Shown here piece by piece: positions 15,106 through 26,235 of a DNA stretch of 64,000 nucleotides; within the stretch, counting starts at the first letter, position 1; the number at the start of each line of letters is the position of its first letter. This DNA comes from Auanema rhodensis (taxonomy: Eukaryota > Animalia > Nematoda), in the NCBI GenBank assembly GCA_964057225.1, contig OZ059896.1:10478001-10542000 (forward strand), read 5' to 3'. The notes beneath the pieces were generated by a model that saw only the letters and a program-made list of their open reading frames with translations, made no database searches and had not been told where the DNA came from. The position numbers and the translations under genes are program-made.

Positions 15106-15688
15106 CACGTTAATGTTTTGATAATTATGGAACGTAAACTAAATATTATGACAATCTATAAAAAAATACTGAGGTGACTTTTGTTTGCAATCATAAGATA
15201 TTTTGCTTGAGATTATTTACTACTAGGGGTTATATACATCAATCAATTAAAAAAATTTATTTTGACAAGAAAAAATTATGAGACTACATACAGAATGTAC
15301 ACGTTCTAATTGAAATTGTCTTCAAACTCGTAAAACAACAAGAGATGGATGAGACAGGTCTTTCTTCCGTTGTAAATTCATAAATGGTGAAAGATCTTCC
15401 ACATCTATCAGTTACGGAAACTGATGTAAAACTGGGAAACATGACGGTAATTTCAAAACCTAAACCGACTCCTAAGCCATGCAAACCTATGTAATTCAAA
15501 ACTGTACACGAAAAAGACACAACCATAACAAAACATGACGAGAATACAGAAACCGCATTTAAATATATACAAGATTAAAAAATTAGATAAAATGCAAATC
15601 GTGGGATTGGCGAAATGGAAAATACAACAAGAACATTTGACATATACCCAATCTTGAAAGACTGATTAAACTCAGCACAGATAAATTG

Positions 15689-17530
15689 TTACATGGCAAA
15701 ATCCTTTAATAGTCGGCGAACTGTAGAAAAAGAGGATTTGGTTGGCAAACCTGAAGATTCCAAATTATAAAAACATAACTAATATTGAAAAACCTGGCAA
15801 GGATGAACCTCTATTCACATTAAATAGATATGGCTGGCAATCCGAAAACGTGGTTTCAAATACATTGCCCACTTCAGATCTGAACAATACAATTAATCGA
15901 AATTCGAATAATAATAGTAATACTTTGCCGGCATTTGAGGTAGATATTGAGGCCTATTCACAACAGAGCAAATGTTTAATATAACTTCACTCACAGACCT
16001 AGCAACGCTTTCTCGCATTTTCGTAAAGTCATCTGAATAATATTTTTGTATTTTATAAGAATTAGGTTAATAAATACCATCGGAGTTAAATTTATATATA
16101 TCCAATATAAGATACCATTGCTCCCATGGAGAGCTCTCAACGCCCAGGGACCAACGCCGTTTCTTCTGATAAAATTCAATTCCAATCGACGTTGTTATGA
16201 ATGGTTCTAAACAGGGAGAAATTATGTCAATAACCTTGCTATAAAGCTAGAAGCCTCACGTGATCATAGATATTAGGGTTAAAATAATAAAAAAAAATAG
16301 AAAACTAGACATTCAAAAAAAATATTCATGATCTGTGTTGGAAAGAATTTAGAAAAAGCAACCTGCAGAATCAAGAGGGCTTCCGACAGGGGTACGCCGA
16401 GGGCTATAAGCATTGGAATCATATAAATCCATTCTAAAAGCTTCTACATCTCGTTCTATTCTTGTAGTGAGTTCAGGACTATTAAGTCGCACCTATAAAC
16501 AAATTCGAGTTATTTAAAGAAACCGAAACCACTTTCTGTACTCGTTTTAGTTACAGATGAATAGCATGATAATATCTTTGATTTGTGCAAGGTCATTTCA
16601 CACTTTCACTCATTTGAAAAAAGCTAAATTACTTTCTTCGAGATTGAAGACAGTGATAACTTAGGAAGCAAAAATGAAATTTATCATCAACTATATGTTG
16701 GAAATCTAAGATATACATAAAAATAAACATACATAAGTCAAATCAATACAACTACAATCCACCTCAGTTAATCCCAGTGAGCCAAGAACATAGTTATTTT
16801 CGTTTCGGTAGTTGAACTGTAAAATAAGAATAAAGATATTGATATTTCTTTTTTTCACCTTAGGCCCCCCTCGTCATTACTTTTGAAAAGCAAAAAAATG
16901 ATTACAAGCAAAGATTAGCATCAATATAATCAATAAAATTTGAAACAGCTGATACTTTTAGTCAGCTGAGATTTCAAATAAAAAAAGGTAAAATGTTGAA
17001 TCTTAGAAAAAAATTCGCTATTCGAATATTACAACTTGTCCCACCATGGACCAATACCAAATGAGACACTTTCAAGTCACGCGACCTAAGCGATGGCGAA
17101 TGATAGAGATTATGTAAAATCATGTGGTTGATTAAAAAAGTGGGAAGTGTGTTAACCACTCAAAGAACGGTTATAAAAAATTAAGACGACCCACTTTTGC
17201 AACTGTCCTGTGGACCATCAGGGAATGAAAAACTGAGGAAACAACATCCTCAACTTGACGAAGATCGAGAGTCTGAAAATAGTATAACATAAACTAGATG
17301 TTGTATTTATGTCATAGTTCTATTATTTATTTCAAAACATAATATTTTCAAAGTTGTGAAAAGGACAGAATGTATCGAAAAAAATCTTAATCACGTGTAT
17401 GGGTCTGTTAGATTTTTCATTGCTTCGCTTCTTCTATAACGTTCTTTATGACAATAATCATTTCATTAGTGTATATCTAAAGATAATTAAAATAACTCAC
17501 TATTCGATAATCTTTTCGTCTTGCATTCAT
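15689..17530 (-). CDS. ATG101: Autophagy-related protein 101 (HORMA domain; ATG101, C. elegans EPG-9 family)
   Basis: Exons: MNARRKDYRI / TLDLRQVEDVVSSVFHSLMVHRTVAK / FNYRNENNYVLGSLGLTEVDCSCIDLTY / VRLNSPEL... / IEFYQKKRRWSLGVESSPWEQW... / RPQYLPQMP / SEVGNVFE...CQPYLF / STVRRLLKDFAM*. These are colinear with ATG101 motifs (HRSTGKF, DVDCDFIDFTYVR, EFYQKK, PWEVW, YLPKMP, QPYLY). The ORF track does not capture this protein. Confidence 0.92.
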
Positions 17531-19099
17531 GCGATCAGTTCGTTTTCCAGGTCTGAAAAACGATAAATGGTAAGAAGCCAACTATATATCGAATAGAGAA
17601 ATAGGAGGAAGGGGTAAAGGGGGGAGAGACGCAGAGTGGGGATGGGCGGATCGATGGAGAATGGAGTGCAGATGCTTGAAAGGGAGAGAAGGAGGAAAGA
17701 TTTAAGAAAGATAATACATGTGTATATATATAAGCAGAGAGAGAAAGGGTAGAAACAAAAGAGTGAGAGAGACAGTGGCAGCTGTTAGGTAAGATGACAA
17801 GAACAATTTCAGAACATTGAATAATGACTCCTGTATGATGTGTCGTTATCGTTTTTGATTTCATAAATAGTCAAACGAAATTCAGGAATAAAGAGCTAAT
17901 TTAAAAAATTTATCTTTATCGAAAATTTGATTAGAACATAATTCATATGAAAGTCAAAGAATAAACCTTCAACGTCCTCGTGAATTTGCTTTCTAGCAGT
18001 AGAGCATTCTTGCACGTGATTGTGAGAAAAAATGGCATACGTTATAGCAAAGAATCCTCATCTAAAAATTCTAGTCATATTTGTTGTTTATTTGACTAGA
18101 CAAGTGATCAGAAATTGCTCAACGAAAAGTTCAAAATAACCGTGTACGAACACAGTTAATGAAAATACTAATTTTTAAGAGGACATCCTATTAAGAGAAA
18201 AAAAATTCAATTTAGTAACGTCGACATTGTTTCTTCAATATTTCTTTAATAGTATTATTAGATAAACGATATAATCAAGAATCGAAAAGAAAAATATGAA
18301 GTATGCTCGAATTTCAAATTGTTAAAATGAAACAGTGACATTTAAGTGATAATAATCAAACTTATAATGAGTTTTGTATGTGCTTTCTATAATGTTGCAT
18401 AACTGAAAATTTGGAGACGCAGCAGTGGCATTGCTTCATGACACAATAGAATAGAAATGCCAGGTCACATGGCACGCCCATAGCGTCTGTGTATATATGC
18501 TGCTGTCCTATGAAAATTCTTATGATGAACAGAGTATGTAACCAGAGAAAAAACAAAAACTACATTGCTTAATCAAAATTGTTTGATTACAGAGATACAT
18601 GTACTTTATCACATGTAAATATAATTCACATGATTATCATGTATATATCATCATTATCAGTTTGTATGTATATCAAGTTTTCTGAATAGCTTGATCGATT
18701 TCTTGATAGAGTTTTGGTTTAAATTAATAGAATTACTTACTAGTAATATGTTAACAAAACATATTGAATTTAGATTAATTATAATTAGCATTATTAATAA
18801 TATTCAAAGTTCGTCAACATGATACCGAGGAGCCAAATATGTTTGTCATGTTAGCTCAAGAGCGCGAGGACTACAGATGATAGGTCTGCTCAGCTGACTG
18901 TTAAACCACTTCCACTATTGCATGTCCAAGGTTCTTTTCTTCTTATCTCGCACTTTTTTTTGAACTAAAAATAAAAATACATGTGGTTTACATGTATAAA
19001 ATAGAATGAATTAAACTGAATTTCTGCTTTTGGTGATTAGCTTTATTATATAAATTGATGATTAGCTTGTTGTTTTTCTTTAGCAAATTTCACAATATC

Positions 19100-19800
19100 G
19101 AAAATCGGGAGTATTGCCAAAATACTTCTGAAAATTTAAGATACGAAGTAAACTTGTATCTTACTAGTTCAAGAGAACTTTTAGATTTTTAAAAGCTGTA
19201 AAAGTGCTAATGAATGAAGTTCTTTAGCAGTTCAAAAATTTAATTTTAAAGATTATAGAGAGAAAATATTAATGTATCGCAATCAATAAGGGAAAGAATT
19301 AATGTGAATTTCATATAGAAAAACTGGCCCTGTTGTCATTTCTATCAAAAGAGGCATAACTATTTCTCTCCATAGCAGGTTATAGAATCGTTTTGAAAGA
19401 TAATCTAATGGCAGAGAGTACGAGGATGCGAATAGAAGCTTAGAAAATATCAACTTGAATAGGAAAAATGATTATATAACCCCAAATATGAAAAATAAAT
19501 AGGGAATTTTTTCACAAATTTCACCTTCAATTCTTAGTTCTCTCAATGAAAATAAATTTCCTTTCAGGCGCTAAGAGAAACCTTATGGAATCTATAGTAC
19601 TTGGTTGTCCTATTATTATGGAAAAGTGAAATGAATAAGAAAATGCGATTTCTGCCAACGAATAACTATCGACTGCTACCTTTCACCTCTTTCTTTTGAA
19701 TACGGAGAAACGGAGTAATTAGTCGATTCTGGTGTCCTAATACATAGAGTATGAAACTGTCCCACATATACGAATATTACTCAAGAAAGAAAATTTGATG
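19100..19800 (+). mobile_element. Possible highly degraded RTE-type non-LTR retrotransposon fragment
   Basis: Stop-riddled fragments (KDYREKILM, ISPSILSS, LSHIYE) occur in the order of the RTE linker and early RT region. There is no intact ORF and the boundaries are approximate. Confidence 0.25.
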
Positions 19801-19869
19801 AATTTATTGACAGTATTGAAACTGTGGTCAAGTAGAATACTTTCACTTAGGTATTATACAGTCAGCTAG

Positions 19870-22334
19870 ATGGGCTTTATTCACTTTCGACTTTTATTAT
19901 TAATATTATTCTCTACTAAAAATTTATTTGTTAATAGTTTGAATATATTAATGTTTGTTCCTACTTTATCCTACAGTCATGTAGCGTTTAATGGAAAAAT
20001 AGCAGAAACACTCATTTCACAAGGACATCAAGTTGTAAGAATTGCTGTGACTTTTCAAATAATACTTTCGTTAATACTTCCAGACGATGCTACTACCTAT
20101 TATCGATGATCAAGTACAATATAATAATTCAATATTACATGTTGATTTATAACCAAATTAAATATATTTAGTTTTCATTTATAGATAATTTCCAAACCTA
20201 TTGGAATCAGTAGTGGATTATTACGCTATCAGCTGTGGCAAAACCCAGGCCCATTTGAAGATTCGAATCCGTTAAACCCAAGAATAATCACAAAATTATT
20301 GCGGGTATCCAATATTTTCATAGAAGCATGTGAAGGTTTAGAATTTTTTTCCATATTTCGTATTTGTTTTATGCTTTAGCTATTGCTAAAGATATTAGTT
20401 TCTTACAAATGCTAAAATCTAAAAGATATCACATCGGAATTGTGGAACAATATGACTCTTGCGGGTAACTATTATTCAAACATTTCAACAAATCTTTTAA
20501 ATTAAAGATTCGGATTGTTCAATTCTTTGGGAATATCCAATGTTTTATGGTTAAGTGCGACAGGCATTTTTAGTCCTCAACCGCAATCGTTTAAAATACA
20601 TTACCCACTGAGTTATGCTCCAGGTAAGACAAATCTTTTATGAATCATATATATGAATATACCCAGAACTGTTTGGACCTATCTCTAATGAACTTAATTT
20701 TATGGATAGAGTTGTGAACATGTTAGTGGCATTTATTACTTCTGGAGTTTTTTCTATTACCCAAAGTTATCAATCCAATATTTTTAAAACAGGTTTGTAT
20801 TAGCTACAATATATTTTTTGTTAAAATTACAATATTAACGTAGACTTATCACTCATTTCTTCAAAGGCAAGTTCTATACTTGCAAATACGCATCCTATTT
20901 TCGATTTTGCTGTTCCTACGTTCCATCAGATATCTCATCTGGCTGGAATTTCTGTAAATTTAACAGTATCTCCAAAATTATCCGAGGTTAGACATTTTTT
21001 GTTTATAATTCAAATATTATAAGATAATAAATTATATATAAATATATGTATATATGTGGGTGTGTGAAGTGATTTCAATGTCCAAATATGAATCGATGAG
21101 ACAGAGAATGGTTTGAGTTCAGACAAACTTTTAAAGTACATCCTTGAATAACTAAGTGTAGTTACTTTTGATTCCGGAAAATGTCTGTGATAAGTTTTTT
21201 TTCAGATAAATAGTAGTTGTTCACTTTTACTATAAAACCAAAAAAAATTATGTTTCTAATTTTTTTTACAAGTTATGTTGTTGTCATTCTATTTAATATG
21301 AAAATTATGCATAATATGCATAATAACCAGCTTTGTACCGAACGTAAGCATTAATTACTATCTTTTCAGTATTGGAATAATGTTGCTGATTCAGCTAATA
21401 ATGGGTTTTTACTTGTGAGCTTCGGCTCTATTGCTAAGACAACAGATATGGATGATAAAATGCTGGTTCGAATTTGTTTTCATTGGGTCTTTAAAAAGTC
21501 ACTTCATATATCAGCTCATGAAATTTATTATTTTTTTTAATTTCATTAAAACTGGTTCATTATCGATTTTTGATTGTTTAGGGTACTTTTCTTGAGTCAT
21601 TCGTCAGGTTTCCACATTTACTGTTCATTATGAAGTATGAAGAACTCAATTGCACCATATCATTGCCCTTTAATGTATTATTCTCAAAATGGATTCCTCA
21701 GAAATCATTAATGGGTAAGATAAAAAATTTAAAAAGTTTTCAAAAGTAAAGATAGAAAAATAAATATTATAGCTCATTCAAATTATAAAGGAATAATTAC
21801 ACATGGTGGATTAAGCAGTATATTAGAAAGTATAACATTTGGAAAACCTATGGTTTTAATGCCATTATTTGCTGGTATTACTACTGTTTTATCAAACTAT
21901 GAATCTTTTTCAATTTATATATTACAGATCATTTCAAAAATGCTAATGTTGTAGCTTTAAGAAAAGTGGGGCTAATTATAGATAAATCAAATTTAAATAA
22001 AGAACAATTAATGAATTCAATTATGATGATAACAACAGATGAACAGTAAGTTTCAATATACCATACTTTTTTGTAAGAAATAAAGTAATTATGATATTAT
22101 TTTAGATTTTCTCGAAATTGTCGGAAAATATCATCGATGCTTAAAGAGACAAGGAATCTTCTGTCATTAGAAAACCAACTAAAATATAATATTCATGTTT
22201 CAGTAAAGAAAACAGTTCGTCATTTTTCTAGTCATTTACGACCAAAGAAGCAACTATATTTCCAACATTATGATTCATCATTTTTTTACTTAGTATTATT
22301 ATTTATTTTCTCATATACTATAATATATATTTGA
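19870..22334 (+). CDS. UDP-glucuronosyl/glucosyltransferase (GT1)
   Basis: Signal peptide, NILMFVPTLSYSHVAF (catalytic His), LVSFGSIA, the UGT signature WIPQKSLMAHSNYKGIITHGGLSSILES...KPMVLMPLFADHFKNA, and a C-terminal TM helix. Confidence 0.93.
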
Positions 22335-22875
22335 TATTACTTGACATTTAGTAAATAGTTGGGACACTCAGTAGAATCCCTTATACCTTCTCAGACAAAC
22401 TACAAAAAATCAGAAAAAATATATTTTGAGTGTTAAAAAATGATAATGAACTTAGAAAAAATTTAAAACAATCAAAAAATTATGTTTAAAAGTATTTTCC
22501 GGAGTTTCCGAAATTTTCATAAACTGCTTGAAGTCTTCTTTGTTGAATTTCAGAAGTTTCATCAAGACTTCAGAAACAATTTTTTTATAGAATGTTAGGA
22601 GTACACTAAACGTCATTTTTTCTTTTGAACGCGAAAATTTGGTTGTATGTTAACCAAGTTATCTTCATAGATATTCAGTAAGATTCAGATGCTGAAGCTT
22701 ACTTGTTTGAAGCTATGCCATAGGAAAAACTTAGTTATTGATTGTGCTTAGAATCATTTTAAAATATTTTTTAATGAATTAACATGTTCCTAATCTCAAA
22801 TTTTGTTAAATCAAAAGGGATTATTCAAAATAGTTAAAAAACACTACTGTATATACAGACTGTATATACATATAT

Positions 22876-23370
22876 ATGCATTTTGATCCATGCGCAGGCT
22901 CAGAGAATACTGAACAAGAACCAGAAATTATCGAAGAAACTGAATCTTTCTCATTGTTCAGTGTACTAGGATCTACTCATGTCACTCGTGAAGAAAGTAT
23001 TACTGCTTGTATCAATGAATACAAAGGACTTTTATTTCTCACTCGCCCTGCTCCAAATACATGCGTGATCACATGGTGGTTTTCCAAGAAACATATGAAG
23101 CTGTTATTTGAACTAAGCATGAGATACAACACGTTACCAAGCTCATCAGTTGACTCAGAGAAACTGTTTAGGTGAGAATGATAATTACTGAGTCGTCTCA
23201 ATAAATTAATTTTCAGTAAGGTCGGCATCCATACAAGGAATAAGAGAAGGAGCCGTTTATTGGCTTCAACATTAAAAGATTTTATTTTTGCTGGCTATAA
23301 TGAAGTCGAAAATCAAGAACAAAACGAAGAGAGTGAGAGCGATTACGATAGCAGTGAAAACGAAGATTAA
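22876..23370 (+). mobile_element. hAT transposase C-terminal (dimerisation) domain, intron-containing remnant or domesticated fragment
   Basis: ITWWFSKK...LFELSMRYNTLPSSSVDSEKLF/SKVG...RRSRLLASTL matches the hAT WW...P.SS..SER.FS...RR.RL pattern. The GT-AG intron at 23172-23216 restores the frame, and an acidic tail runs to TAA at 23368-23370. Confidence 0.75.
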
Positions 23371-24000
23371 TTAATGTTGTAATTTATGGGATAAAAATTA
23401 AAAATTAAAAAAAAACGATTTTGAATTCACGATTTTGTGTCGAGTCGATTTTAGAAAACGATAATTTTTTGCAAGTATAATACATATGTATATGATGATG
23501 AATATATATTGATAAAGTTAGACAATTAAAGCATAATAGAGTACTAAATGTTAACGTAAATATTATTGTTATAAACTGGAAAACTCACAGTTAATAAAAA
23601 AAAGTTGAAATCATAAAAATTTTCTTTGAGAAATTTTGATAAGAAATACAACCGAACGAATGAATATTGTGTTTAAAACGGAAGAAAGTATTATCTATTT
23701 CCCACATTTCAGTTTTCGAATATGTTAAATGTTTATTTAATGAACATTAATATGTAATTATCAACTGCCACGTTAAAGCCAATCATTTCTTATCTATTAC
23801 TGTCGACAACTCTGTCAAAAGTTCCTAACAACGCCCTCATTATGATCCAATAATGTTGATATTTAATTTTAAAATTCAACATATACTAATTAACTAATAT
23901 ATCAAATGTTATATTTACATATTCTTATGTTTAATTTTGTTTGGAATGTATGTTTTAATTAGTAATACTAGGATTTAAATTTTTGAAACAACAGCTCCTC

Positions 24001-25723
24001 ATGGCCAGACTTTTGTCTGTGATACTATTGGTAATTTAAAGAATTCCTTATTTGAATACATTGTTCTATTAAGTTATTTCCTTTTTATTATGAATTGGTT
24101 CATGCTGAGGAGGCCATACCATCTTTGAGTGTCTTGGTCAAGAAAGTTGAAAACCCTTCTGGAACTTTAGCTGATGGAACATTATGTTCCAAGTTTGCTT
24201 TCGCTGGAATGCAATGTTCTATGAAGTTGCAGTTTTGCGTTGGCGAAACGGAGTAAGAGAATTAATAACAATTGAAAAATGGTCGCTTTGAAAAATAACT
24301 CCTTTTAAGCTGCGACTTAATAGACTTTGGTCAGATATCTCATGGCTCAAATACTGCCCAATTATGCGAGCAAGATTATAATTCAAAACCCAACCCAATT
24401 CCAATTAACTTGAAATCTACTTCTTTTAAGGTACTTCCTATTTCTATTTAAAACATTTTTTTGAATATATTGTTTGCAGGGATTCATGTTTAAAGTGAAT
24501 CTTACAAATACCGATGATGCTATAATTGATAGTTGGACAGGTAAATTGGATGCCAATAGTTTAAAAGGAATTAACATATTCTCTAGTGATGATGAAAAAA
24601 CTTCGTAAGTTTTGCATTAAAATGATAAAAATTTTTAGAAATTAACTTGTACAGAATAGAACTAGCTTGGATCACAACTGACATTCAATTGAACATTCCA
24701 ATTGATTGTGACGATTTTGTGAACCGTACTAATGGAACAAAAGCCATTTACCCAGATGGCCAAAATAAGGTTGACGTTTACTGCGAGTTTGATGATACCG
24801 TAGGCCATACTTATATACAAAGGTATTTCTTTTGTAAGGCACTAAATAATTTTTTCAATTAAGTCGAGATAAAACAAAAAATACACCCGAGGATGATTGG
24901 AATAAAAAATTAGAGGAATACAAAAATCCTTTCGGAACAGCAGGAGGAAATCATTGGATTGGTCTTGATAATATGCACATATTAACTCAACAAAAAAATT
25001 ATACTCTGATCATTAAAGTATGTTGCGGAGAATCCGACTGTGAAACGCAAACCTACACAAACTTCCAAGTGAGATTTTCTACTTTCTTTTACAAACTGTA
25101 TACTTGATTATGCATACCAGTACATAAATACGATTTTCTTATTTGAGATTGGAAATGAAACTAGCGGCTATGTATTGAATGCAGATGCAGTTTTGCCAAT
25201 TGGGCTAAATTTCAAAAACGTTGAAAATTCAAAACTTTCTGATATTAATGCAAAATTCTCTACATACGAGACCGCTACAGATGTAATTGATGTTGGCTGT
25301 GATGTTCTTCAATATTATGATGAAACTGGAACCTCTTATAACTACGATCACTCAGGGTTTGTTATTAAACTTTATTCGTAAATAGCTGAAATAACAGAGG
25401 GTGGTGGTTTGGATCCTGCACTAATAATCTTAATTCACCGTTCCCTGAAGATGCAGATATCGGTGAGAACTGTTTGATTAAGTAGGTCCTATGTTTAATA
25501 TTACATCATGCTTTTTCAACATTTTCTAGACAGGAGTCTAGAAAAACCATTAAAAGTGCTGGGATTGAATTTAAAAGAAAAAATGATGTGACGGAAGAAT
25601 CGTATGTTTTCTACTTGACTTATTAAGATATTATGAATTCCATATTCCAGATCGATTAATTTTAAAAGTTATTCTCAAGCTTCTATGGCAATCTTTCCAA
25701 CTCCGAGTAAACCTCAAACATAG
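24001..25723 (+). CDS. Secreted fibrinogen-related (FBG C-terminal domain) protein with an unrecognised N-terminal region
   Basis: Signal peptide MARLLSVILL/LFPFYYELVHA. FBG motifs: PIDCDD, VDVYCEF...TYIQ, WNKKLEEYKNPFG...HWIGLDNMHILT, KFSTYE, GGWWFGSC. Confidence 0.85.
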
Positions 25724-25994
25724 TCTAAAAACTTTTATGGGCGAACATATTGCACACATAAGTTAAAATCAAAATGTGATCTACTCCTTTGTACGTTATT
25801 AAAACATAATAAGAAATGTTTGTATAATGTCAAAGAATATTTTGATAATAAATAATTTGAAAAAAAATTTTTTAGATAAATCGAAAACTTATTAATATGC
25901 TATCCTATTTCCAAAAATATTTAAAAATTAAGAATATGCTCACTTTATTTAAAGCATTAAAATTTGAAATGGTGATCCTTATGATGTAATATAT

Positions 25995-26235
25995 GGGTCC
26001 AAAAGCATGCTAAGTCAAACACTGCTACAATGAATAAATAACGAGTTCCGCCTCCTTTACCCCTCTGGAAACATGATGAGTGTAAGAGGTGGAGCTTGGC
26101 AGCATGCCAGTAACATCCCGCCCCCTCCTCCCTGTGCCTGCTGCAGTAGGCGGAGCCATATAGTTCACGCCCATTTCTCGCTTATCGATCGCGTCCCACA
26201 GGATTGACGTCTCTACCACAACTTTTGGACTTTTT
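25995..26235 (+). ncRNA. Candidate structured ~240-nt non-coding RNA (unassigned); alternatively part of a small transposable element
   Basis: GC-rich island. GTCCAAAAG (25997-26005) pairs with CTTTTGGAC (26222-26230), which is followed by TTTTT. There are internal stems with G-U pairs on the + strand. I recognise no match to tRNA, snRNA, SRP or RNase P/MRP motifs. Confidence 0.35.

Noticed and set aside
15284-15526. 80-aa minus-strand ORF between ATG101 and the SNARE
   Set aside because: No recognisable domain; it lies in the inferred ATG101 3' UTR upstream of the AATAAA.
16859-16866. Telomerase RNA template (GCCTAAG) in the ATG101 intron
   Set aside because: Only 7 nt, close to the intron 3' end, with no room for downstream pseudoknot or H/ACA domains.
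26064-26082. Hammerhead ribozyme or SECIS core (GGAAACATGATGAG)
   Set aside because: The order and spacing of GAAA and TGATGA do not fit any hammerhead permutation, and there is no SECIS geometry.
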